DNA of 64,000 nucleotides. It comes from Antedon mediterranea. Its lineage: Eukaryota > Animalia > Echinodermata. The position numbers and the translations under genes are program-made. The notes below the pieces were generated by a model. That model was not told the DNA's origin. It saw only the letters and a list, made by a program, of their open reading frames with translations, and ran no database searches. Each line of letters opens with the position of its first letter. The stretch's first letter is position 1. Positions 1-12,000 of this stretch are shown here, in pieces. Where the stretch lies: contig NC_092680.1 of the NCBI RefSeq assembly GCF_964355755.1, positions 10,354,001 to 10,418,000 of the forward strand. The letters run 5' to 3'.

Positions 1-251
1 TAAAGAAAAAATATACATTTACTCAACGGGCGAAAATAATGTGAGTTTATCTATGTTTTGCGGTAGTATTAAATTATATTTATGGTAATAAATGAAACCT
101 ACTGTGTTTAAAATTATGTATGGATAAACAAGTATTGTTTTTAAGCTGTAGTATATCTTAGAATTTGTAATCTTAGGTCTTGGGTCTTAGCTTTCGTGAT
201 CTTAGGTCTTAGGGGGTCTTAGCTTTCGTGGTCTTAGGTTTCGTGACACCC
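1..251. mobile_element. Probable end of a non-autonomous DNA transposon with subterminal TCTTAG repeats
   Basis: Clustered TCTTAG(G/C)T and TTTCGTG motifs at 170-245 end in GTGACACCC. Similarity to the duplicated copy at 1081 starts right after this point. The other end lies outside the window. Confidence 0.45.
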
Positions 252-2297
252 GATTTTAACCACCTGATTTAACCCTATTTACTAATTAAATTAAGTTAGA
301 TAATAATTAGTTATTGACGATTAAAACGAATTGAGGTTCAACGATTTGCCCCAAAGAGGGGTGTTTTCCGATATTACTATTACTGAGATTGTGGATAGGC
401 TCTACTGTTAGATATATAAACACATTATTATATACAAATAAACTTTATACTGACAGTTCCTTCTCAACGTTTGTATTAATTAATAATTACCAATAATATA
501 AACGTCGTAGTGGTGTATCGTGACATGTACTTTAATATTTCAATCGATTATGACAGTGACACTTTTAACAAAGTATTAAATCGCAAATGTTTTACTGTAT
601 TTAGAGGTATATTATTTATAGGCCTATAAAACATGAAAAAAATATTTCGTTACTGAGTGGATAAAGAATATATTTAAAAATTGTTCCTCTTTGTACCTAT
701 CCGCTTTACAAAACACAAATTGGGTTTCTTTAAATGAGTCCAAATCAAAAACGTTGACTCATTTGTGATAAGTTTCTCCTTCGGAAGTAATTCCCAGGGT
801 GCTAATTTTAGCTGACTACATAAATCATCGTGTCTATTTATTCGTTTCTGTAAACGACAATGTATTATAGTCCTGCGGTACGTACATTTGAAATCGCCAG
901 TTTTGTTACGCTGAAATGACTGTGTATTCGAGAACCATCTGTAGGCACGACCTAGATGGTACGCTCGCGTACCATCTAGTCTATATGTAAATTTACGTAA
1001 GGGCAAAATTCGGTAAATCGCGCCTTACTTCTAGAATTTTTACTCGATGGTATATAAAGTTGGTTCGTACTTTCGGTACTGATTTTAATCACCTGATGTA
1101 ACCCTGTTTACTAATTACATTAAGTTAGATAATTAGTTATTGACGATTAAAACGAATTTAGGTTCAACGATTTGCCCCAAATAGGGGTGCTTTTCGATCG
1201 TGGTATACACTGTCTAATTGATGTCCATCTTGAAAAATACCCGCCACAAAAATGCGAGGAGGCTTCGCATTTTCCTATCTCCTCCTACGATAATTGTTTT
1301 TAATAGCTGAAAACCGGTTGAACAGCTAGAGTACAGCATCATAATGTTGAAGACAGGCCGATTTTCTTAAATAAATACCGTACTATTTTGATAGATTTAA
1401 TATACGATTATACAAATGTATTGATTTGCGATGAATGGAACATCCCAATCTCTCAGTCTGCCAGAGTTTGGTTTAACACAATAGGTAAATTTATGAGCCC
1501 TTGGTTTAACACATACGGTAGGTAAATATATGGGCCCTTTGAGAATAAACTTGAACAATACTGTAAATACCTATTAACTATTTTTGGTCCTCATTTGAAT
1601 CGAACATTTCTTACTGTGAATGTTCGTACTGTTAGATGTAATATAAAAATATATACAAATAAACTTATTACTGAGATTGTGGATAGGCTCTACTGTTAGA
1701 TATATAAACACATTATTATATACAAATAAACTTTATACTGACAGTTCCTTCTCAACGTTTGTATTAATTAATAATTACCAAAAATATAAACATCGTAGTG
1801 TGGTGTATCGTGACTTTAATATTTCAATCGATTATGACAGTGACAGTTTTAACAAAGTATTAAATCGCAAATGTTTTACTGTATTTAGAGGTATATTATT
1901 TATAGGCCTATAAAACATGAACAAACTATTTCGTTACTGAGTGGATAAAGAATATATTTAAAAATTGTTCCTCTTTGCACCTACTATCCGCTTTCCCATC
2001 CCTCAACCCTAATGTTACATCTCCCTGGTTACATACAAAACACAAATTGGGTTTCTTTAAATGAGTCCAAATCAAAAATTTGGACTCATTTTGTGATAAA
2101 TTTTTCCTTCGGAAGTAATTCCCAGGGTGCTAATTTTAGTTGACTACATAAATCACCGTGTCTATAATTTATTCGTTTCTGTAAACGACAATGTATTATA
2201 GTCCTGCGGTACGTATACATTTGAAATCGCCAGTTTTGCTACTCTGAAATTACTGTGTATTCGAGAACCATCTGTGGATACGACCATCTAGTCTACC
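252..2297 (+). repeat. Imperfect tandem duplication (copy A about 252-985, copy B about 1081-2297)
   Basis: 252-370 matches 1081-1197, and 378-980 matches 1666-2297. Copy A lacks about 460 bp present in copy B. Confidence 0.85.
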
Positions 2298-2560
2298 ATA
2301 ATTAAAGCAAAAATTAAATGATTCAACCAGAATGTCACCAATTTGATTCCAAAAAATTTATAAAATTAAATTGGATAGCCGTCACATCCCCTACTTTTTG
2401 AATTTGCTATAGATTTCAAGGCAATTGTACATTCATCTAATTCAACTTGACCTTAGCAATTTTTCAGTTCATTTTCAGATAGTCTAGGTACAGTATATTA
2501 TAAGAGATTAAAGAGAAGCATGGCTAACTTTCAGTTAAGCATATTTCAATCAAATACCAG

Positions 2561-3363
2561 AATAATTAACCAGAGACACTGTAATAAGAAACACTATTAT
2601 TCTATACATATACTTAATTACGCAATTTTGTATTTACGCTTAAATATTCAGTAAAGCAAGTGGGAGCCCTTCAGTGACTTATGACCTACTCATATTGCAA
2701 CGTTGGTTGTCATCTGGACCTAGAATCCTTTAAAAATGTCTGTTTCGAAATAAAGTTGATACTTGCAATATTATTTGAAAACTCACGACATAAATACAAT
2801 CTGAGCAATGTTAATTCTGTTTAACCATTTATTATTCATAAATGCATTTACACCAATGTAAAACATTAAAAGCATGCAAATAAAGTACAATATTAATATA
2901 GTTGTTTTTACCTTTTCCATAAAAAATGACATGGAATAGACCTAAACTATCAAATACTAGATTAATAGCAACATACATATTATTACATATTGAATAAATA
3001 ATGTCCAAATATAGATTGCTACATTTTTTACAGCATATTGATTGGCATAACAATTATTAATTGAGGCAAGATCTAGTCATTATTTAAATTGTATGTTATA
3101 ATAGTTATAATCTAATATAATAGGTAATTAAACAAGATATTCATTAGATTGTAGTTACAAAACATCTGAGATGCCAAGAAACAATGCATTTATAACATTA
3201 TTTGAATACAATAAAGGTCCAGATGACAACCAATGTTACAATATGAGGTCATTGAAAGGGCTCCCTCTTGCTTTACTGAACAAACATATTTAAGCATAAA
3301 TACAAAATTGCATAATTAAGTATATTTATAGAATAATAGTGTTTCTTATCTCTGGTTAATTAT
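2561..3363. repeat. Diverged inverted repeat, arms about 150-160 bp (2561-2721 and 3215-3363)
   Basis: ataattaaccagaga...ggttgtcatctggacct is the reverse complement of aggtccagatgacaacc...tctctggttaattat. Confidence 0.85.
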
Positions 3364-3787
3364 CAAGATATTAACGACATTTTGCGATGTTTTATGTATT
3401 CAATTTAATTAATGGTAACATTTAATGCTTGACTGGCCAAGCGGCCACAACAGGCTCCGTTTCAGGAATTTGTAAATAATTACTCAGAAGCATATTATAT
3501 TAGAACTACAATAATCAATAATGTGAAATATAAAAATTGAAATTTAAACAAAATATAGACCACTATACTCTTGGCTATGAATTTAAGCAAATTATAGATC
3601 CAAGCTGAAGTGGCCTTGTTCATCTTTCAATTCTTTCAATAACATAATACAATAATAAAGGCTGGACATGACACAATAACCTAATTAAACATCTGAGTAA
3701 CAGCTCGCTGTAATATAAACATTTATTTCATTAGATACCAATATCTGAAAAGAACAAACACTTTACTATTGTAGTTTGTACACAATA

Positions 3788-3843
3788 ATTACACTAAGTG
3801 CTATATTACACTAAGTGCTTAATTACACTAAGTGCTATATTAC
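3788..3843 (+). repeat. 17-bp minisatellite, 3 copies
   Basis: ATTACACTAAGTGCT(AT/TA) repeated in tandem. Confidence 0.85.
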
Positions 3844-5864
3844 CAATGTTTGTAATTGACTACTAGAATGTTAATCTGTTACCATGGTGATGGAAATGAA
3901 AAATTTGCCTTTTGCTCATTCAAGAATGCCTATTATAGTTTTCCTATAGCAGCTATCAAAATCATATGATGTAGTAGCATAGAAAAATGAATAACTTTTT
4001 GAGAATGCTGTAAGTAAACCCATGTATTGAAGTGCTACCCAAGGAAAACACCCTTATTTTATAAGTACTGTATATTCACAAATAAATGTAAAAAGATTTA
4101 GATTAGGGGTAGACTAAGAGAAGAATCAAAATGAACTTGTGGGGGGTCATTGGCTCAACTGTGAATCCTGACGTCGTGATTATCATACCAGGAAGACATC
4201 TACACTATTATTTTAAGCTAGATAAAACATCATACAATATATATAAATAAAAAGCTATCATCACTTAGTAAAACTATAAAATACAAAACAGAGGAATGGT
4301 AATTTAAAACAAATAAATATGTATATACTGTATTAGCACCAAGTAATTGTACAAAATGTGTACAAATGGTGTATTAGAACCATTGAAATAGTGATGCTAC
4401 TAAACAACATTTAGATCTAGAATTATACGGTGGCTACTGGGTTAAAATTGAGCTGGGTGCATATAGCATACTTATACATACAAATGCTTAAAAATGTAAC
4501 AATATTCAAAACAAATTTAAACACCTCATATTTATAAAATACAGTTATTCTATACTTACATTACATAAATACAACATGTGTATGATACAGTGTATAAATT
4601 AACTAAAAATAATACAGTGGAGTCTCTAAATACTGACCACCCTTTGGACTTTGTATCAGCCGGGTTGAGCTTATAGGCTAGCTAGCTAGCTATAGCTTTT
4701 CCAATGGCCTTTACAGTTGTTTTATGATGTTACCTTGCATAAAAATACAATACAATCTTAAATAATAAACACAGTTACAATAATTAATGACAATGAATTC
4801 CTAGAAAGCCTTCTTATTATGGTCCTTTTTAGTACTCATCATTTCAATCATAGATTTTAAATATAGCACTTTTTAAAAGAATTATCATTCAATAAAACAA
4901 AATGAACTTAGCACATTTTTAATACTGTTAACAATTAAAGGCTATTAAATATACACTGTTAAAGAATCGGTAAACTAGTATATTATGTTTGTAATATATA
5001 ATATATTGTCATTTTATACAAAAAATGGTAATTGCACATAGTTCTAATTTGTAATACAAAAATGTCTTATACAATTATTAAATATGCTATCAAAAGTTAC
5101 AACTAAAAAAATGACAGGAATCATACACTCACAGTGACCATCAATATTTTATATTACTTAAAACAACAGAAGGACATGATTGTAATAATGCTCTTTAATT
5201 AAGTAAACAAGTAAGTCTGTGGCAATGCAGATAACATGAGAAGAAAAGTCATGTTGATTTTTAAATCTAAAGTTAAAATATAAAAAAAGTTTAAACTTTA
5301 TATTTTAACTTCATAAACTGCATGCTGGGTACCAACTTATTCTTTGGCACGATACCCCTTTACATCGCCCAGCAAAACTCTGGATTTTACACACATCAAG
5401 GTGTCAACACCAGAGTTCAAAATACCAAAGTTTAACATGTAATCTTGAAATTCTGGGGACACAATGTTATCTGGGGACACAATGTCAAATGTACGGATGC
5501 GAACATTTATTTAAATGTATTTGGAATACTTCAAATATTTGCTTATTGGACATTTTCATGGCATTACCACACTTGTTGATTATCAACCCTTTGACTAATT
5601 TATAGTAAGCTTAAAATAGTACATTTTTCTGAATGTTCTTCTGTTGAATTACCTTATCTATTTAACATAATAAATAAGATAATTATTGATACATAAAATA
5701 AAATTTAGCACAATTATGTTTTTCCATTTAATAATAACCTTCTAAATCAATTGGTCCCTAATCTTCTACAAACATTTTTGGGCAATAACAAACTAAGGCA
5801 TGAATTGAAGGTTCATCTATACATGTAAAATTACTAAATTGTAACAATGAAATGTGTTAGATTT

Positions 5865-6043
5865 TTAGGCCCAGATTCTTAGGGTATAGTCCCAGCTTCC
5901 AGTACACAGAGCTGTTCCGTCTGGGGAGATACAGAGACAGCTTACCCTGTTTTCATGTCCATTCAACATTGCTAGCCTGTTTGCTTTAAGGGTGTCCCAG
6001 ATATTGACAGAGTAATCGTTGTAGCCAGCGAATAACAAACGAC
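5865..6043 (-). CDS. GNB5: GNB5 coding exon 8 (terminal)
   Basis: Encodes [59 protein letters not shown], then TAA. Confidence 0.95.
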
Positions 6044-9000
6044 CTGTAGAATAAAGTGTAAAATATCTATTTTATTAACTAATATCTATCAATTACATTT
6101 GAAAGACCTTTATAAGTCTCTTTATTGATTGTTTGAATATGGAAAAAGCATCCCAATATTTTAGACATTTATTATGCTCTACTAGTAAGGCTATATGTTG
6201 TTAACTAAAGACAAAAATGCATTGGTCCAACAATGGAAACTGCCTGGTTAACATTTATCACATGGTGGCCATGCAGCCATATATCTGTTTGTTACTTACC
6301 ACTAAGTGAGAAGTCTAATGAGGTAGCACCAAAAATAATGCTTTCTTTCCCATAGCAATTAATCTCTCTATCAGCTCGCAAGTCATACAAACGACACTAT
6401 AGTGGAAAAGTAGAATATTGTGTGATATAAAAATAGAATTGAAAGACAAGTATTAGGTTATAAATATTTCTTATCTTATAACTTAAAATAATATGTCATT
6501 CATATGATGATGTTTAGCCATATGATATTCCTCATATGGCTAAACATCATCATATGAATGACATACTATTTTAATGTTATAAAATAAGAGTACACTTAAT
6601 TAAATTAAGAGTACAAAATACATAAAACACAATTAAAAACTGCTTGATTAAAAAAGTCCTGACCACTTATTAAAGACACTGAATTTAACATAAATTAATT
6701 AACACATATTAGGTAGTGGCCATAAATTAAGACTTACTGTTGCATCATCAGATGCTGTGGCAAATGCATCTCCGCTGGGAAAGAAACGGATGGCATTAAT
6801 ATCCGACTGATGGCCTTCAAATGACTGCACGCACTGACCGTTCCTCATGTCCCACACCAATGCTTGTTTATCACAGCCCTACAACAAATTATTTAGAATA
6901 TCATAAAGTTGAATCAAGATTATATATATATATATATTTGCCTGACGAGTCTCGGTTGGGGCGACTTTTTCTCATTCTCACAGATTTCCTCATCTTTATT
7001 GCTTAACATTAATTAATTAAATTTCAGTATATCACCGGGCGGTTTAGAATTACTGTTCTTGCCTGATTTGTTTATATATATAAAAGTATCTCTTCGGAGA
7101 TCCCGCCTCGTGAATAAAAATACTGAAAGATGAGGGCGTATCAATTAGATCTCTGGTGCGCGTGCGTAAAACTGAGGACTAGTGCTGTTCCGCCGTACCA
7201 CGCCGAGAATGTTAAAGAGTTGCTATCCAATCGAGTTTGAACAATACCATGAAAGCCCCAGTGGTCTAATGGTTAGGACATCTGCATATCAAGCAGGCGG
7301 TCCAAGTTCGAGTCTCGGTTGGGGCGAATTTTTCTCATTCTCACAGATTTCCTCATCTTTATCGCTTAAAATTAATTAATTAAATTTCAGTATATCACCG
7401 GGCGGTTTAGAATTACTGTTCTTTGCCCGATTTGTTTATATATATATGTATATGTACCATGTCCCGCATACCTGGCTCAGCCTATATATTATGCCAGTTC
7501 TGCGGTACATTTCATTTCGAAACCTGAGCTACACTGACGACATTTCTGGTATTTTTTTTCAACTTCAGATTTTTATTTTCATGCTATAGCAACAATTTTC
7601 CACCGTATATCCACCATCTTTTTTCACCTTTTAGGGAGTCACCAGACATGCATTATTACATTACGTTAAACTACCTATACTACTGAAAAAAAGTCTTCCT
7701 GGTTTTTATGGCAGAATTTTGCAGAATTTTGTATTTGAGTTGACCATATTAAGGGAAATTCATGTTTTTTCTTCTTGATTTCTTTTACAAATATTTGATT
7801 TATGTAAAATTAGCAAGATATTATATTTAAAATTCATGCCTGTACCTGAGCTTTAAAGTGAATAACCTTAATATTACTTTGATATGGCCAATTTAAATTT
7901 AGAATATTTTGACCTTCATTTTTTGTGTTTTAAGGGACAATACATCTTTAAAAAACAATTATCCTTAGTTACGCCTAGAAACAGGTTCTAAGATAACATA
8001 AATAATACATTTTGATTTGACAAACAAGTGACCCTTTCACAAGATCATACTTTTTCTGGGATTCAGCAGATAAGTAAATTTGGGAAAAAGTAGTAAGCTA
8101 TGTAATCAATTTTTTTTAGTCATGAAACCCCGTATTAAAAAAAATGTATTTAATTACGCATAGAAACAGTTGGTACAATACACTATAGGTAAAATGTTGA
8201 TGTCATTTGACCTTAATATGTAATTTTTTTTCTCATGAAAACCCCATATTTTTTTTTTCAATTATCCTTAGTTATGTATACTAGAAACAGGTTTAAGATA
8301 ACACTAAAGGTCATGAGGCAAAACTCTCCCTTAGCAGAATGGTCCACAGGCCTGTCAGCCCATAAAACACACAATTGTAATTTGATGATATTAACTGCCC
8401 ATCAAATACAACCCAAGGGTACTATTAGGTCATTTACAACAAGGTCACTTAGGGCGCGTTTATACAACACGCTATTACACGCATATTCTACACGCCTACG
8501 AGAAGTGTGTTGTATAACAACAAAGAGATTCCGTGTAATGAGATTTTAATTGCAAAAAAGGCTACTTGGCTGAATCCTAAAATTTGGTGGATTCCCGGTT
8601 GCCGTTACCGTGTTGGAAGTGTCCTCAGGGTATATTTTGACCTCTCGTTAAAACAGGTCGTAATATCAATCATGTCATGCGACGTTGCTAACAAGATTGG
8701 GCCCATTTATTGCTGCCAGCAATCATCCTACTACCACGTCTTACGCCTAGCCTAGTGGGGCCAACTCGTAGTGGTAGTAGGCCTCTATCATTTCCCACTC
8801 CAAACAGAAGAAAAAATAACGTCGCAAAAATGGCATCTTCTTCCATAGTGTATAGATGAAACAATGAAACCCTTAAAATAACTTTTATTAATTTAAATGA
8901 ACCGAGAACAAAATAAACACAATGCAAACGTGAACGAATACAATAATGAAAATGGTAATAACCGATGATTGTTGACAACTCCGCCAATTCAAGCGATCAA

Positions 9001-12000
9001 CGATTTGACCTTTTATCCTAGAATGCACTGCGTGTTGATGAAACTTCCGGTACAACACGGTATCGTGATTTATAGTATAACAGCAAACGTTAAGGTGGGT
9101 TGACCTCGGTCTGAACAACACGCTAAAAATTAAAGCCGTGTTCAAATTTAGGGTGTTGTATAAACACGACCCTAGACAGCTCATGAAAATTCCTACATAA
9201 TTTTCAGCAATTTCTGTAGTGAAGTGTCTATCACACTCCAGCTGGCCTCTCATGTGTGTCAAGATAAACAATCAGAACTTGTAAATTGTTTAAAACAGAC
9301 CAAGATTTATTACCCGGATTTTTTCCAAAACCCAGGTGAAATGGACTGATTTTTCTAAGGGAGAGAAATGCCTAATGTCAATTTTTTACCTTTATTCAGG
9401 TTTGTCAAGACTTTTTTCTGAGATTATTAGGATTCAGTATTTAAAGTAAATTTGGAAAAAAGTAGAAATGTAAAACTATGTAGAAGAAATGTTTTGTATT
9501 TATGAAAACCCCTTATTTTAAAAATATTTTCGCATAGAAAAAGTTACTATGGTAAAATGTTGACCTCATTTGACCTCAAAATGAATGAATTTAAAAGGCC
9601 AAGTTTGTCATCACTTTATGATTATTAGAATGCAGTAGAAGTAAACCTGAGAAATCGTAGGAGTGCAAATGCAATCAATTTTTGTATTCATAAAAACACC
9701 ATGTTTCCGGGCTTTGTTAAAAAATTACTTTCCTTAGTTACCGGTACACATAGAAATGGTTGCTAAAGTAACACTATATATATGAAAATTTAGTGAAATT
9801 TTTTGAGAATTGTTATGAACTTGTAAATGATGATAAATCATTACTAGTTGTAGTAAAGCGGGGACCTGTCCGATTTTGCATTCTGACCCCTTTTGACCTC
9901 AAATGACCTATTTACAAAGTCAGTTTTTTTGTGACGTCTTTCTGTATTTCTTTACAAAAACTAGATGTCAAAATGTATAAAAACCTGGACGCAATTATTT
10001 CAAAGTTGTTGAACATTATTTTCCATCAATTAAATATTTCAATGCAAAATACTGTTTTTCTGGCAAATAATTGAAATAAACCTGGCAACCCATTCTCGTA
10101 TTTTATCTAAACTATTCGTATGACTCTAGTAGCATTATGAAAAGCCAAATATATATTTTATTGGATTAGCCATATACATAATTTTTTTTATGTGTTTTGT
10201 TTGATGTTATTTTGTTTGTATTTTTTTTTGTATTTTCTGTATTTTCCTGGCAACACAAAACCTATGTACGTAATTTACCCCAGTTTTTTTTTCGTGATTA
10301 TTGTTTAAAAACCTATTGACTATCAAATTACAAAGCCTCATTGATATAAACTAGAGGGTGAGCTCGCTCCCCCTCTAGGAAGTGTAGACGATGGTTTTCG
10401 GAATGACAATGTTCTCCTTGTACGTTTTCTGTCGGTTACCATTATTGAAAATGCTTGACATTCGTAAAACTAAACTATTCTGTTTCACAGTGTCTTAGAT
10501 GATTAATAACAGTTTAAAGTATAGTGTTTATTGTTTGTTAGGACCCTTTGGGGAGGCGGTGTTCATTTGAGGGAGGTGCTTATTCGAGGGATATATGTTA
10601 AATTTTTTACTTTTAATAATATGGTAACATTTATAATCAAATGAAATCCTCTAATAGATATGAAAAGTGGTAAAAAAGAATAACAAATGCTTGGTAAATT
10701 GTAGAACAGTGCGATGAATTCTACTACAAATAGTATTGTGTAATTATAAATGTGTATGGACGTTTATTAGATAGTTGGGTTGTGGGGGAGGGGGGATTAT
10801 TATTCAAAGTGATGTTTTATTGGAGAGGCGTTTATTCAAATAAATACCATCCTAATAATTATTAATACATTATTTAAATTAAACATCTTTTGAAACTAAC
10901 TGCCGTGACAGAGTGGGCCCAAGAAAGAAGACATTACGGCTTGCAACATGGGCAGACATCTCGGTCCTAACGGGACACAGATAGCCTACAGTTATTCCTG
11001 CCAGCTTACTCAATAAAACTCAGCTATCAGGATTTCACTCGATTTTAAACAAAATGTCTTATCATCAAATCTCCCTATGTAATTTTATAATACTATTCCC
11101 CACAATATATTCCGATTCTTTATGGCGTATATTTAATTTGATCTTTATTAATTTGCAGTATAATTTTTATTTTTTAACTACTGTACCTTCACACACACGC
11201 GGTCCGTTCCTAAAATAAACAAAACACTGAAATGGCTATGACTAATGGCCAACTTAAGCTTCAGTCCTACTATATCTGTTTTTTTCTTCTGTCTTCCAAA
11301 GGGACACTGTATTGATTAATGGAAAGTGCCTGTTTCCAGGCCTTTAGGGTAAAATCTATTATTTTAACTGCTGATTGATTGATTGAAATATATTTTATTC
11401 TTGTGTATAAAAGAGAGAAAATAGTTGAAACCAGGTTATTACAAGGTGAAATCATTGTAAACCCGGAAATTACTTTGAACGCGAAGAATTGAAATTGAGT
11501 TGAAAATCTACTGTTGAAATCATAAATTTTGTTAAAAAACTCTTTATAATATCTTCCTAAGATAGAAATATGGAACAAGCGTCGGACTGAAAACTAATGT
11601 TATCAAATCTACGTTTCACAGTACATCTGAGATAGATAAGGTAGGTATCGAAGATGGAAATTTGTACCTTAGTTTTTGCATTGTGCTCACCTATGTCAGA
11701 ATTAACCATAATTTATATATAGATACACCCCTTTGGAAGTTATAGTTTATGAGGAATACTTTTATAAGCAAAATATTTTTTTAAAACACCTTTTTAAAAT
11801 AATGGTATCAACTAAACTCCATTTTGTAAATTGTTTTTTTTCTACATATGGAACTCAATACTTGGTTGTTTACAATGCTGTAAACAAAACTATATACTGT
11901 ATGTATTTTTTTTAAAAATAAGTATACAAGCTTGTATTTTTTCACTATAGAAAATCTGTGAAAAATGGCAAAAACATCAAAATTTGGATAATTGACCGTT

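Noticed and set aside
6938-6970. Hammerhead-like CTGACGA-stem-GAC
   Set aside because: It lacks GAAA and helix III, and arises from the junction of TTGCCTGA with the truncated tRNA-like 3' half.
7255-7326. Functional canonical tRNA-Asp gene
   Set aside because: It has an ATC anticodon, A at position 32, a T-stem mismatch and a weak D stem, and it is embedded in a duplicated repeat. Kept only as tRNA-like.
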